Source: Octopus vulgaris
Taxonomy: Eukaryota
Length of the DNA: 64,000 nt
Direction of reading: 5' to 3'
Assembly: GCA_951406725.2 (NCBI GenBank)
Contig: OX597832.1
Span: 64,418,001 to 64,482,000 of the forward strand
Shown here: positions 45,024 to 59,147 of the stretch, one piece after another
How the letters are laid out: each line of letters begins with the position of its first letter
Numbering within the stretch: position 1 is the first letter of the stretch
Made by a program: the position numbers and the translations under genes
The notes under the pieces: model-generated
Databases searched by the model: none
What the model was told of the DNA's origin: nothing
Seen by the model: only the letters and a program-made list of their open reading frames with translations

Positions 45024-45064
<41 letters not shown>

Positions 45065-45504
45065 GTATCTACGTACGTACGTATGCATGTATGTATGTAT
45101 GTATGTATGTATGTATGTATGTATGTATGTATGTATGTATGTATGTATGTATGTAGGTGTGCATAGTAATGTGTGTAGCTGTTCGCATATGCATAGCGGA
45201 ACGCCATAAACGTTTCCTTTTTCAATTATAGGTGTAACCTATTATACACGCACATTAAACTCAGGGCCATATGTACATACATATACACACTCAAACACAC
45301 ACAGACATGTGTGTATATGTTAAAGCGTGTGTGTGTGTGTTTATATAATCCAACTAGTTAACATTAAAACATCTTCCTACGCACGTAAAAAATCAGAAGC
45401 CATATATTGCGCTCATATACTTGTACAGCATTTAAACGGGATTGTAATAAACATTTATGTTATAAAAGTATATATCTATGTGTGTGTGGATGTGTATATT
45501 TATA

Positions 45505-45554
<50 letters not shown>

Positions 45555-45566
45555 TATATATATTTA

Positions 45567-45628
<62 letters not shown>

Positions 45629-46552
45629 GGGGGAGATTGAGAGAGACAGAGTTGGAGGGAATCCGACACTCATTTGGTGGGCATATGTATACACAGACAC
45701 ACGTTAAATATTCGTGTATTACATAGATTCAGTCTTTCAATCAAATAGAACACCTGCATAATTTTAAATATTAAAAAAAAAAACATATATACATATATAT
45801 GTATAAAAACAGAAAGCTTTTAAAATTTTGTACAAATCAAAACATGTTGATGCGGTTCGATTTTTAAAGAATGTTAAATTTATGTAGATTTTCAGCCACA
45901 TTTTTAACAATCAATGATTCGGATTTAATTATCTGCTAAGTGATTTTCTAATTTCAATCATAATTTCTGTAAACCCTTTTATTGTATTTTTGTTCTCTCA
46001 AAGCAACAAAATCCCCCGCATTTCCATATATACAGGGTATATATTTGAGTCTAAGACTAACGACTACATCACTTGACCGCTTCCATATTTTATCGACCAG
46101 GAAGTAACGATTTCTTCCATAGTAGTAATGAAGCACCGTCTCGTAGCGCTGGTTACCCGGTTTCCACGACCTGCAAGTGACTGGGATCAAGACATTGGTC
46201 CTAAACGGGGCGCCAGTCCGTGGCTTTCGTTACTAAGTGGACTGAAGCAAGGGAAATGAAGAATTTCGCTCAAGAACACAAGGTATCATTTAATCCGGGA
46301 ATCGAACGCACGATCTTTTGTTAGTGAGTGCAGCACCGTAACTACTTGGATACGCTTCTTTACTTTTTCACTTAGAGGCAAAGCCTAACATTTGAGTGAA
46401 GGAGTTACTGGTTTATATCAACCCAAACGCATGAGTGGTACTTTATCGACTCCGTAGACATGATGTTATATCTGGTCATTTGCAATATGAAATTTATGGA
46501 TAACAAATGCTAAATAATACAAAAGCCTTTTAAGAAATTCAGAATGTAACAC

Positions 46553-46583
<31 letters not shown>

Positions 46584-47029
46584 TACACACACACACATAC
46601 ACACACACACACACACAGAAACAATGGTATATACTCGGCCTAATATGGTCGAATAGTCAAGTAGTTCGCTTTATAAACACGAGTTCTTGTGTTCGATCCT
46701 ACGCTTGTAACACAATGGTAAAGGCCCTTTTCTGAAGCCTCTAGTTAACACACACTTGAGTATATTAAAATTGTGCAGAATCCCGTCGGTTTCTCTTTAT
46801 CTGTAATTCAAAAGTGTAACCATGCCTCGCTATGTAACGCTGATTACCATCCGAGAATTACATTAAGGGTACACATGGCAATAGTAATAACCACCAATAC
46901 GCTGGCTGACCTGTGGTGAACACCTCCTCCACCTCCTCCTCCTCCTCCTCCTCCTCCTACTACTACTACTACTACTACTACTACTGTTGAGGTTAAGATT
47001 GCTAATCTGGCAATTCAACGAAGGAGATA

Positions 47030-47260
47030 CTGTCTCCGTGGTTGGCTGCTCGACTTGCTAGAGAAAATAGCGAAAACTCCCTCTAAATTAATCCCGATCT
47101 GTTTAAAAAGTGTTTTGACACACCGGATAAAGCGCTGTCTCGATACACGACACAGAGTAGAAAGTGGCGGTAGCCATGACTGGAAGCCTGATGATAATCA
47201 ATCATGTGTCTAACACAAGCAGAGTTACTCAAGAGACAAACAGGAAGAAGAACAACAACA
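47030..47260 (+). mobile_element. Dispersed repeat family E (unclassified)
   Basis: The motif gtggttg..ctcgac.tgctagaaatag..aaatctccctc recurs at about 36990, 51625, 7525 (+) and 5060-5135 (-). Copies tend to end in (AAC)n. Confidence 0.5.
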
Positions 47261-47366
47261 ACCACATCAACAGCTACAATACGTACTAAAACTACAACAA
47301 CAACTGTTGCTTTGAAAAGTTGCTGACTGTCGACAACGTTATGTGTTGATATTCAAGATTCTTGCA

Positions 47367-47414
<48 letters not shown>

Positions 47415-48094
47415 GTTGTTGTTGTTGTTGTTGTTGTTGGTTTACATCATGTCACAAAAATAGGAAGAAATGAAAGAAATACATAACTGATGAATTCATT
47501 AATCTCGAGGCAAAATCCTTAATTAATAAAATTAATGGTGACAATTTTCTTTTCATATTTCGATTTTTCGTTTTTTTAATTATTTTTTGTGTGTGTGTGT
47601 GTTAGAAATTTTTTCTTCTTTCTATTTTATTCCCTTATTTATTTGTTGTCGTTTTGTTACGAAATCCGTTGGAACTAGTGTTGAGTCCTGAAGCCACACA
47701 TTTTCAAGTAGAAATTTACCAACGCTTGCCGAGGGCGGTGTTGTGTCTTTAACAAATTCCCAATGAACACAACTAATAATAATGGCAACGAGGTTAACGA
47801 TAAGGATGACGATCATGACGATGATGATGATGTAGGAGGAGACAGAATACAATAATAATAACGATAATAATAACAATAATAATAATAATAACAATAATAA
47901 TAACCACGATAATAATATCAGCAATTATTAAAATAGTAATAATAGCAGTATTAATAATAACATCCATAATAATATTAATAATAGTAATTAAAAGTAATGA
48001 TAAAATAATTACAACAACATCAACCACATAATTTCTAACGTATTTTCATTTGAATATTACCATCAAAATAATCGTAAACAGTTCCATCGTCATC

Positions 48095-48142
<48 letters not shown>

Positions 48143-48242
48143 GTGGTACATGTCCCTGGTGTACCCGAGCGTCGCTTTGATGGCGTATGCTGCTCGCTCA
48201 CTCAATAATAGTGGTTTCAAATATTTGGTAGCAAGCCAGCAC

Positions 48243-48292
48243 TAATAATAATAATAATAATAATAATAATGATAATCATAATAATAATAATC

Positions 48293-48345
<53 letters not shown>

Positions 48346-48346
48346 C

Positions 48347-48444
<98 letters not shown>
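48243..48444. repeat. (TAA)n microsatellite
   Basis: Directly visible. Confidence 0.97.
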
Positions 48445-48445
<1 letters not shown>

Positions 48446-48973
48446 GACATTATATTTGAAAAACTTCAGACAGAAATCATGCCTCCTCATTGATATGATT
48501 GTCCCAATCAATATAAATGTATCTGTCAAGACCTACGAAAAACTAAGCGAATATAAAGATCTTGAAATAGAAATTGGAAAAATATGGAAATTGGCAAAAT
48601 GTGGAACCTCATTTTGGCAAAATATGGAACCTCAAGACTAAAACGATACCTGTTGTCATGGGTGTCCAAGGAATAATAGCAAAAGGAGCTGACTTCTAAC
48701 TAGCTCAGATACCATGAAACCGCAAAATGGCAGAAATTCAAAAGATAATGCTCATGGGAACTGCCCATATCCAACGTAAAATATTGTCTATGTAATCTCA
48801 AATTTTAAAACAAACACATAACATAATTTTCTTATATTTTTTTAAACATTCTCTAGAACCAAATATATGACACCCGAGGCATAACACCAATATGAACTTC
48901 TAAGTTGTTATCTCTTAAGGTCTCTAGGTGAGACTTGGAGCAAACTTGTACAAATATAATGCAAAAGTTAAAC

Positions 48974-48975
<2 letters not shown>
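48445..48975 (+). mobile_element. R4/Dong-like LINE 3' fragment (restriction-like endonuclease)
   Basis: QKSCLLIDMIVP...KTYEKLSEYKDLEIEIGKIWKL..KTIPVVMGVQG carries the RLE D...K..KY motif. (TAA)n on both flanks. Confidence 0.8.
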
Positions 48976-49030
<55 letters not shown>

Positions 49031-49267
49031 TAATAATAATAATGATAATAATAATAATAATAATGATAAGGATAATGATAATGATAATAATAATAATAAT
49101 GATAACAACAACAACAACAACAACAATAATAATAATAATAATAATGATAATAATAATAATGATAATAATAATAATAATAATGATAAGGATAATGATAATG
49201 ATAATAATAATAATAATGATAACAACAACAACAACAACAACAACAATAATAATAATAATAATAATAA
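48976..49267. repeat. (TAA)n tract containing an approximately 117-bp higher-order tandem duplication
   Basis: The interruption pattern gat..gataaggataatgat..(aac)n occurs twice. Confidence 0.9.
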
Positions 49268-50731
49268 GCAACCTTGAAATGAGGAAAACTAGTGAACAGT
49301 AGCAACATCACACTAGATAAAGCAAATGAAATAAGAAAATTAGACCAAAGCCAGACATACAAATATTTAGGAATGAATGAACTAGATACGATACAGCACA
49401 CACAAATAAAAGAGAAAGTAAAAAAAGAATACTATAGACGAGTTAGATTAATACAGGAAACAGAACTCAATGTGCAAAACAAGATAATAGGCATCAACAC
49501 ACTAGCCATTCGAGTTATCAGTTACAGCTACAATATCCTCAACTGGACACTAAATGAACTAACCAAAGTAGACAGGAAAACAAGAAAAATAATGACAGGA
49601 TTTAGGATGCACCACCCAAAATCTGACATAGGAAGGTTATATATACAACGTATAGAAGGTGGTAGATGCCTTATACAGCTGGAAAACTATTATAAAATAA
49701 CCACCACAGGACTGCAAAAATACCTACTTCAGAAGCGAGGAAAACTAATACAAATAGCCACAAAACACGAAGAAAACAAAAAAACTGTTTTCAGTCTTTA
49801 AGGAAGTTGACAAATACAAACAAGAAGTCATACTACCTAACAACATTGAAGAAGAAACAGCAAAAGCTGTAAAACAACTAAAATCCAAACTAAAACTAGA
49901 ACAGCAACGGATCATGATAAATCGATGGTAAGAAGAGACCCTTCATGGCAAATTCCCTGCAATGGCTGAGCTCAGGACTTAAAGCAGAGACTGAAGGATT
50001 TTTAATTGCAGCACAAGACCAAAGCCTCCCCACCAGAAATTACCAAAAAAATATAATGAAAAGAAACATAACAAGTAACTGCAGAACATGTAGAGATGGA
50101 CAAGAATCAATAAACCATATTGTCTCTGGCTGCCCAGTCCTGGCCAAGAAGGAATATATTCACCGACACGACAGAGCTGGAACCTACAAACACTGGAAGC
50201 TATGCCAACACTATGGAATAACAACAGAAAAAAGATGGTACAAGCACACGCGAGAAAAGGTCACAGAAAATGAGAAAAAACAACAATACTATGGGATATG
50301 CCAATACACACAGATAGAAAAATTAAGGCCAATGGGCCAGATATAGTTGTTAGAGATCACGAAGAAAAAGAAATGCTTCCTAATGGATGTATCAATAACA
50401 ACAGATATACAACGTTTCTCTAAAAGAAATGGAGAAACTTTCAAAATAAAAAGACCTGGAAATAGAGGTAACTCGAAAGTGGAGTCTAAAAGGAGAAACA
50501 ATTTCTATCATAGAAGGTGCATTAGGAATGATAAAAAATATTCAGACAAATACATAACAAAAACAACAGGACTTACAAATATAGATAACATACATAAAAA
50601 AGGCACTACTAGGCACTGCACACATCCTATATAAAACACTTTCAATACAGTAAATATAAGAGCATCACAGCAAACCACAGCATATACCCAAGGCACACAG
50701 GGCTGCGCTCGGTAGTGCAGTGAAAGCACGT
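49268..50731 (+). mobile_element. 5'-truncated R4/Dong-like non-LTR retrotransposon (RT thumb, CCHC knuckle, RLE), pseudogenised
   Basis: YKYLG, RLYIQRIEGGRCL, ETEGFLIAAQDQ, CRTCRDGQESINHIVSGC and RHD, then PD-IVV..D-V endonuclease motifs across frameshifts. (TAA)n on both sides. Confidence 0.9.
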
Positions 50732-50790
<59 letters not shown>

Positions 50791-50817
50791 TAATAATAAT
50801 AATAATAATAATAATAA

Positions 50818-51017
50818 TCCTTTCTACTATAAGCACAATACCTGAAATTTGGTGGAAAGGGATAAGTTGATTACATTGACCCCAGTTTTTCACTGGTATG
50901 TAATTTATTGACCCCGAAAGGATTAAAAGCAAAGTTGACCTCAGCGGATTTTGAACTCAGAACGTAGTGTCGGGCGAATTACCGTCCATCGTTCTAAAGT
51001 TCTGCCAGCTCGCCACC
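50818..51017 (-). mobile_element. SINE family B
   Basis: Ends ...ttctgccagctcgcc, the reverse complement of the head. Confidence 0.85.
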
Positions 51018-51143
<126 letters not shown>

Positions 51144-52004
51144 CGTCGACGATGATGATGATAATAGTGATGGTGATGGATATAATAAAATACAACGGCT
51201 GTGTTGATGATGATGCTGTGGGTATTATGAAGAGTAACGGCTATGGGTTGTGGCTGCCAGCGCGGGTAAGAATAGTAATGATGATGAAGCCGATGACTAC
51301 TCTGTTTCTATTGATGACAATGATGATGATAACGGTGATGATGATAATGATAATGACGTCGGTACTAATTTGTATTCATGTTGGAAATTTGGTTTTTCCT
51401 AATAAAAATAATTTTAAAAAATCGAGTCATTCTCTGAATCTTGGCGTTCTTTCCTGTGTCTCAGTTTGAATAATTTATTGCGCGTTGGTCGTATCATTAC
51501 ATTAGCAATGGGAGGATTGCTTTTATCCTATCTCTTTCTCACTTTCAGACCCTCTTCCCTCGCTGTCCCCCATTCTACTACAACAACATCTATTGATGTA
51601 ACGAGGCAACAAAGAATCTTCCTACGTGGTTGATCGGTCTGCTAGAAATAGTAAGCAAATCTTTATCAATTTATACCATTCCGTCGTACAAACGAAGAAC
51701 ACCTCCAGTAAAAATATACTTGGATTTCACACATATAGGGAAAACACGAGGTCCTTACCCCTGGAATGTGTTTAATCGGTTCGATCATGGCTAGGGTAAA
51801 ATAACAACAACAACGATTCCTACGCCTACTACTCCTTCCTTCCATCCTATTCTGATGGAGTCGTAAGAGCGCCGAAATGACAAGTTGTCTTAATTAGACA
51901 TTATAAAAGCTGTACAAAACATATATCTATTTGGACGAAGCGGTTGAATTCGTTGTTTGTCAGAGTTTCTCGCTACACGAAAAAAATATTCAGTTATTTC
52001 TTCC

Positions 52005-52330
52005 TTTTTCTTTTTTAATCATTGGACTCTGGCCATCCTGGAGCACCGGCTTGAAAGACTGTAATCGAACAAATCGAATCAGGTACTTATTTTCAAGTTT
52101 GTTCCTTGTTTTATTATTTGGCCGAACGTAAACAAACCAACAACAGTTATCAAGTAACGGTGATAGCGGCACACACACACACACACACGGTGTTTCCGTC
52201 TACCAAATTTATGCACAAGGCATTGGTCGACACCAGGCTATAGCAGAAGACATTGGGCAAAGATAGCGTGCAGTTGGACTGAACCTGAAACCTCGTGGTT
52301 GCATAGCGAAGCTCTTAACCACACAGCTAC
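52005..52330 (-). mobile_element. SINE family A, diverged
   Basis: ggccatcctggagcaccg...cacaaggcattggtcg...cttaaccacacagc. Confidence 0.75.
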
Positions 52331-53034
52331 ACCTTTTAAACTTTTAGTGTTTTTGTTCCCATTCATTTTTTCTAAAAGAAGATTAAAGCTATTCAAATAC
52401 TGCCGAGATCCCCTTTGCTTTTCATCGTTTCGAGGGGTCTAGAAAAGAAAATACCAGTACTGAGGTCAATGAAATCGACTTGTCTCTTCCCTTCAAAACT
52501 GGTGGCCGAGTGCCAAAATTTGAAAGCATTTTAAACTTGTGTCACCGATGTTGGGCCTCTGATCCGGAATCGAAATTGCAATACAGAATCGGACACTACG
52601 AAACGTATCCTCAAACCACAACACGATAGAATTAAATTTTAATAGTGCGAAAAAACAACCATTATTCATTCAAAATTTCATACAATTTTAACATTGTTTG
52701 TTATAGTTTCTGTAAATTTTTATGCATATATTTATAATTTCTATATTTTGTCCTATTTTTTTCTTCAAAATTAAACATGAAGGGAACTCTGGGAATTGCT
52801 AGGGGAAGATATCCTAACTTTTATTCTAATCACATTTTAATTAGATTTTTCGCTTTAGGGGTCAATAACAACCCTTTACTTAAATTCTTTAGTTATTTTT
52901 CTGTGACATGAACTTTACAATAATGAAATCCGTGTTTTCCTTTCAATTAGATGAGATGAAAGAATAAAAAAAAGTAAACAAAAAAGTCATAAAAATTCAA
53001 ACAATGGCGACAACAATATTATAATTACAATATT

Positions 53035-53420
53035 GGTAATGATAATGATGCAAGTGAAGTTGTTGGTTATGATTGTAATGGATATGTTGATGATGATTAT
53101 GATGTAATGATGATGGAGATGATGACTGTGATGCTGCTGATGATGATTACGACAATGACCATGATGAGCATAATGATGATTACCATGATGTTGATAATGA
53201 TGATGACGATGTTGATGATAGTGATGATAACGGTGGTGATGATGGTGATGATGATGATGGTGATGATAATGATGATGATGCTGATGATGCTAACGATGAT
53301 GATGTTGGTGATGTTGATAATGATGTTGATGATAATAATCAACATGGCAAGGATGATGATGATGATGGCACCACTGATTTCAATCATTATGATAATGATG
53401 CTGATGAAGATGGTGAAAAT
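53035..53420. repeat. Degenerate (GAT)n low-complexity tract
   Basis: Directly visible. It accounts for the poly-M and poly-I ORFs here. Confidence 0.9.
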
Positions 53421-54047
53421 ATTAATGAAATCATATTCATATGACTTTATATAACAAAAGCTATAACAACAGCCCTAAACAAAACACATAAATCAAACAC
53501 ACACACACATACACACACACACACACTTCATTCTCTGTAATGATAAGCGGATATAACAAGAAAAACAAATATTGAAATAAGAAAATGGTGTAAAAATTTG
53601 CCCAGAAATAATAAAATCTTTCCAAGAATGAAACAGAAAGAAAAAAAAAAGCAGAAAGTGATGATGATGATGGTGATGATGATGATGAGGATTGTTTACC
53701 TCAAGGGCGATAGGTGTGGACACATTACAAGGACTAATTAAAGCACCAAACAATAGGTCTTTCATATATTTGAATATGAAGGAATAGGTATTTACTGCTG
53801 CTGCTGCTACTACTACTGCTGCTAATGAAAGAAGTATCATAACAACGAGAACAGTTTTAATGATAATGATTACGATGATGATGATGATGACGACGACAAC
53901 GACGTCATTTGGTTTCCATTTTACATTTATTCAGCAATTTTTCGCTGCTGAATTATTAAAAGTTTCCATCCATTTAGCTAGGCTAACAATAATTATAATA
54001 ATGGTAACATTATACTTAAATATACTAATAAAGTAAATAACGATGAG

Positions 54048-54081
<34 letters not shown>

Positions 54082-54104
54082 GTAGTTGTAGTAGCAGCAG
54101 CAGC

Positions 54105-54144
<40 letters not shown>

Positions 54145-54187
54145 ATAATAATAATAGTAGTAGTTTTAATAGTAACATTAATAATAA

Positions 54188-54400
54188 TCTTTGCTACTAT
54201 AGGCATAAAGTCTGAGATTGGGTGGGGGGAACCAGTCGATTACATCGACTCCAGTGTTTCGCTGGTACTTAATTGGTCAACCCTGAAGGATGAAAAGTAG
54301 AGTCAACCCGGTAGAATTTGAACTGGGAACGTGAACACGGACTAAATGCCGCTACGTATTTCCCCCGATATGGTGATGATTCTGTCAGCACGCCACCTTA
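54188..54400 (-). mobile_element. SINE family B
   Basis: Reverse-complemented core and head, flanked by (TAA)n. Confidence 0.8.
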
Positions 54401-54757
54401 ATAATAATAATAATGATAATAATAATAATAATAATAATAATGATGATGATTATGATGATAGTTTTGTTACCCTTATGCGGATAGAATGTATTTGAATGAC
54501 TGCCAAGGTCGATGCTTATTAATTGCCTGTCATTTGTTTATTCCTTTTGTCTCCTACCGTGTTAATAAATTGAAGGATTTGCAACAATGTCCTTCAGAAA
54601 TTATCCACGGCTGGGGCCCATTATTTCATTTGCTGCTGTTGTTCTCAGCCTCAGCAGTCGGATCCGCGAACAGAAGATCAGATACAGTCGTCAGAGTTTC
54701 TTTCGTGTGACACAAAACTCAGGTGTGCGTGTATGCACATTTAGATATGTATGTATG

Positions 54758-54820
<63 letters not shown>

Positions 54821-57654
54821 GAGAGAAAGAGAGATGTGTTTGTGTGTTTGTCTGTAAACGCTGATTGTATCAGTTTTAATCTATCCTTTCGGAAGAAGAG
54901 CGTAGACTCGAAAATATAAATACTTCTTCCAATTTTTCAGACCATCATCTTAACAAACCTCGTTTGCCCCCATTTTTTGTTTTCGAAATCTCATCTCCAT
55001 GATTTTCCTATTTTTGTGTCTTATTTCGTTTCCTTATTTGAAAACCGGTGTCAGTATATTTTCCCGTTCGTCCCCACCCAACTTAACGCCCCCCAAGTGG
55101 TTCGGCAAAACGTGTTCTATCAAAAAATACCAGTCCCAATAATGAGTACCAGATCGATTTCTTCCAATAATCATTTCATAACAATGCTCTAGCATGGCCG
55201 TAGTCCAACAAACAAAAGAAAAAAAAGACAAAATCTTATATAAATATTTTCTTCTCCTTTCTTCCAACGTCTATATCGAACCTTTCACTCCAAAACCCAT
55301 TTATCATGTTTTCCCTCTGCTCTTAGTCTTTCTTGATATTTTCTTCCACGTTATCGTTTGCTTTCAATTCACCTCTGTACTCCTAATGCTCATCCGTTAA
55401 TCTCTCTCCCCTCCATTTAACAACCTTCTTACTACCTCCTCCCTATTATACCCCCACCCCACTCACACACTTTCGCATCTGTTTCTTTAACACAGCAGGA
55501 ATCTTAGATTTTCAATTTTATGTTACTTCGTTATTGTATTTATGTTATTTCCTTTTAATATATCTTATTTTTGCTCTTTAATTCTTTACACATCGTTATT
55601 TCCCATTACATCTCCCCGTCTACTATCTATTCTTTTCTCCCAGTGTGTGGTGATTCACATCCGTAATACTTGAGCCCGCTGGCAATGAGATTTACAGACC
55701 CTGTTGTGTTTTTGTAATTATATCGAAACCACATACAATGATAAAAAAAATAGAAAAACAAACAGAGAAACCAATATATAACTAAATAATTATAGTGACA
55801 GAAGAAGTACGAACACTATTGATGATGGTGATGTTGATATTAATTATTATAAAGAAAATTATTAAACCGTTATGCAAATACTAATAATGAGTTCCTTTAT
55901 TGGTCACAAGGGCCCAAGACGTTGGAGGTGGATCAAAGACGAAACACAAATGAAAACAACAAACAATAAACAGTTGGTGATCTACGTCAAGTACAAAGAT
56001 GTTATTAACAAAACAATAAAGACACATTAATTAATAATCAACAATGATACTATACATTAATAAATAATTAGGAATAGCGCTATAGAGCGATTTGATAAGA
56101 ACACGAAATTATCTCTCAGATGTGCCTGGATAAACACATAGGTTGATCCGCGTGAAATTCTATACAAACATTATTTCTTGTTGCAAAAATATAATGGCTT
56201 TGATGGTGGGACTCACTGAGCTGTGCTAATGGTGCGAGTCTCTTCCACCTTCCATAAAATTTATTTCAAGTCAGCACCTTATTCGTCACGTAGTATATGA
56301 AGATGATAATGAGAGCTTTCCCAGGCAGGAAGAATACTGTCATTACACAGCCATTCATTATCTTGTGCAAAACTTCCTTCGCTAGGTACGAGATGTTTCG
56401 GCACGGCCGTTTTGGCGCCGCCTATTTGGTGCCACTGATTCGACGCTGGCTTATTTGACATTAGACGTTTTAATGTTTCGTTAGTTCTCGCTCTCACTTC
56501 CTCATTTCTTCTGTGTGTATGTATGTGTGAGCATTTGTGTGTGTTTATCTGCTTTTCCATGTGTATGTATATGCGCAGAAGGAAAGTGTCTATATTAACC
56601 TTTTTCAATAAATATAGCGTAACGTCTCTCCCACGTCTCTCTCTCTTTCTTTATTTCTCTGTCTGTCTGTCTCTCTATTTTAATATCTACAATCCTATGC
56701 ATGCACGTTTATGTGTGCCTTCAGCTCAAATATATAATTTTGCCAAAACAGACTCCTTGTCCAGTCAGTCGTTCAAACACTCATCTCATTCCCTCTTCCC
56801 CGACAAGTGAATGTATCAGACAACTTCAGTGACTGGTGATGCTCATAAAATCTATGCAAAGCCCCCTGTTACGCTGGAAGCTTAACGTAAATTACCCATA
56901 CTCCTATACTGGAATTCCCTCTTTAAAATATTACTGAGACTTCATTTTCTAGTTGAGAATCTCATCGGGTCCAACATTACAGCTACGACTCACTCACTCG
57001 CTACAAAATTCTCTTAAACAATTACAAATGGCGAGTGGATAGTATTTTCCAGTAAATGTTATTTCTACCAATCACCTGTCCAGATGACAGAGTGTGGTTA
57101 GCCGCTGGCTATATTCTAGATTACGAGTTTTGTATTTATCAGATGGGAATTGCCACCAACTGGGTGAATAGAAAAGGTAGCGAGAAAGAATAAGAAGAAT
57201 GAGAGCAAAGAGAAAATATAAGAATTGTGAGTTGGAAGTAAAAGGTTCAATATAGGTGAGAGTGAATGCAGAGGAGGCGAATCAACGAAGTGGGAAAGAT
57301 AAAGCGAAAACAAAAATATGAAGATAAAATTGAATATATTCACATTGTGATGGAGAAATAGGGTGGAAGGATATAAGGTGGGGAGGTGTGGAAGGAGAGG
57401 TTTAACAAGAAAGTTTTTATGGGGTGGGGGGGGATAATCGATTCACAACGGGAATATGGGGATGTTATGTGGGAAATAGGACGGAAGATAATATCGGAAA
57501 AGAAGAGATGTATATTGATGTGCTTTTGATCCAGAACTTCATCTTAAAGAGATGAGCTGCGGTGACCATGCTGTATCCCACCGGATAGCAACATTCCTGC
57601 GGCAACCACTCGACGGGTATCTTTGGCAAGAACCATACCTCCAATTTGAGGGAA

Positions 57655-59102
57655 GTTAATGTAATATATTGATCTGTTCGTTTCTCAGTAGCACAGCAAT
57701 TGCCCGCGGAGAACGAATGGGAGACCCGGATGATGATGGGTACAAGTACCTTGGGATCCTGGAACTGGACAATATTTTGGACAGATAAATGAAAGACACG
57801 GTCACTGCTTCATATTTGAAGTGCGTCAAACTTCTCTTGCAGTCAAAACTCAACGCAAGGAACCTTGTAACCGTCAGCAATGTATGAACTGTTGTTGTAG
57901 ACCGCTATAATGCACCCATTCTGAAAAGGACACGAGCGATGATTGACAATCTCGATTGTATCACCTGAAATACGATGACAATACGTGGTATCCTCTACTC
58001 TAAGGCGAACGTAGACAGGCTGTACGTGAAAAGGGGTAAAGGTGGAGGTGGCCTGATCGGCGTACAGGAGTACATCGACAGTGAAAGAAGACATATGACA
58101 GAGTATTCGGTAAACAGCGAACAAAACTTCATACCGTATGCTGCTTAATGTAAAAGGATTTACCTGGAGTTTAGAGTGCAAATGAATTCCTGTCACAAAT
58201 GTCCAGCGGGGGAGAAGAAATACCACTCCGCAGGGAATTACGTGGTCAGTTTCACCGTGAAACTAATAACTTAAAAGATCAGGAATCATCATGGAGGTGA
58301 CTTAGCTAGGGTGACCTTAAAAAGAAGATTGAACGTCTAATTATCGCTGCCCAGCACCAGGCATTGAATACCAACTCAGTGACAAAAGGGATACATACCA
58401 CACAAAGGCAATGAACCTCTGCAGAATGTGTGGAAAGAAATTCGAAAGCGTGACTTATTGTTAGTGCTTGTAAAAGACTTACGCAGAATGAGTAGAAGCG
58501 CAGGCACGGCGAAGTAGGATTCGAGTTAACGGGTGCTTGGTACCATCATTCATTCGAAAAAGGTAGTGGACGAAAAAGAGAAGGCAAAGATCCTCTGGGT
58601 CTTTGACTTCCAGACAGAGAAGATATTAGAGCACTGAAGGTCTTTAGTGGGGACAAGTAAGAGTGCCGAATAATAGACGTAGCAATACCAGGAGATCAAC
58701 ATATTGTCATGAAAAAAATAAAAAAAGAGAAAAGATCGACAAATATGGAAGCCTGAAAACTGAGATCACCAAGATGCTGCAGCTCCGAAAGTCAGACATA
58801 AAGGTTGTTCCTGTTATCATCTGAGCAATGGGTTCAATGTCGCCCAACCTGAAGAAATAACTGGGTCGTTTAGAAATACTCCATGATCTTGGTGTGTTAC
58901 AAAAATTGGCTTTACTTGGAACTGCATGTATATTGCATGAAGTACTGACTGTCTGAGGTCCTTGTTGTGCTTTACAGACAGCACATATAGTTGGTAGGCA
59001 CAATGTCTTCAATCTACAACATCCCGATACTGAATACTGTGCGACGTCTTTAACAAGAATAAGACCAAGAAGAAGAAGAACAACAGCAATAATAATAATA
59101 AT
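57655..59102 (+). mobile_element. Older R4/Dong-like LINE relic, a distinct subfamily
   Basis: GYKYLGILELD (57738), LLQSKLNARNL, NVDRLYVKRGKGGGGLI, LIIAAQHQALNT, LCRMCG and IIDVAIPGD..EKIDKYGSLK, with many stops and an (AAG)/(AAT) tail. Confidence 0.85.
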
Positions 59103-59147
59103 ATACATAAACCGTGCATAGACCTCAAATTTGGAGGAATGGGTTAA

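Noticed and set aside
55630-55710. Acceptor-like tcttttctcccag as a coding exon start
   Set aside because: All three frames stop within 30 nt and no donor site is evident.
59104-59147. Possible 5' inversion of the CR1 fragment
   Set aside because: Too short to show homology by eye.
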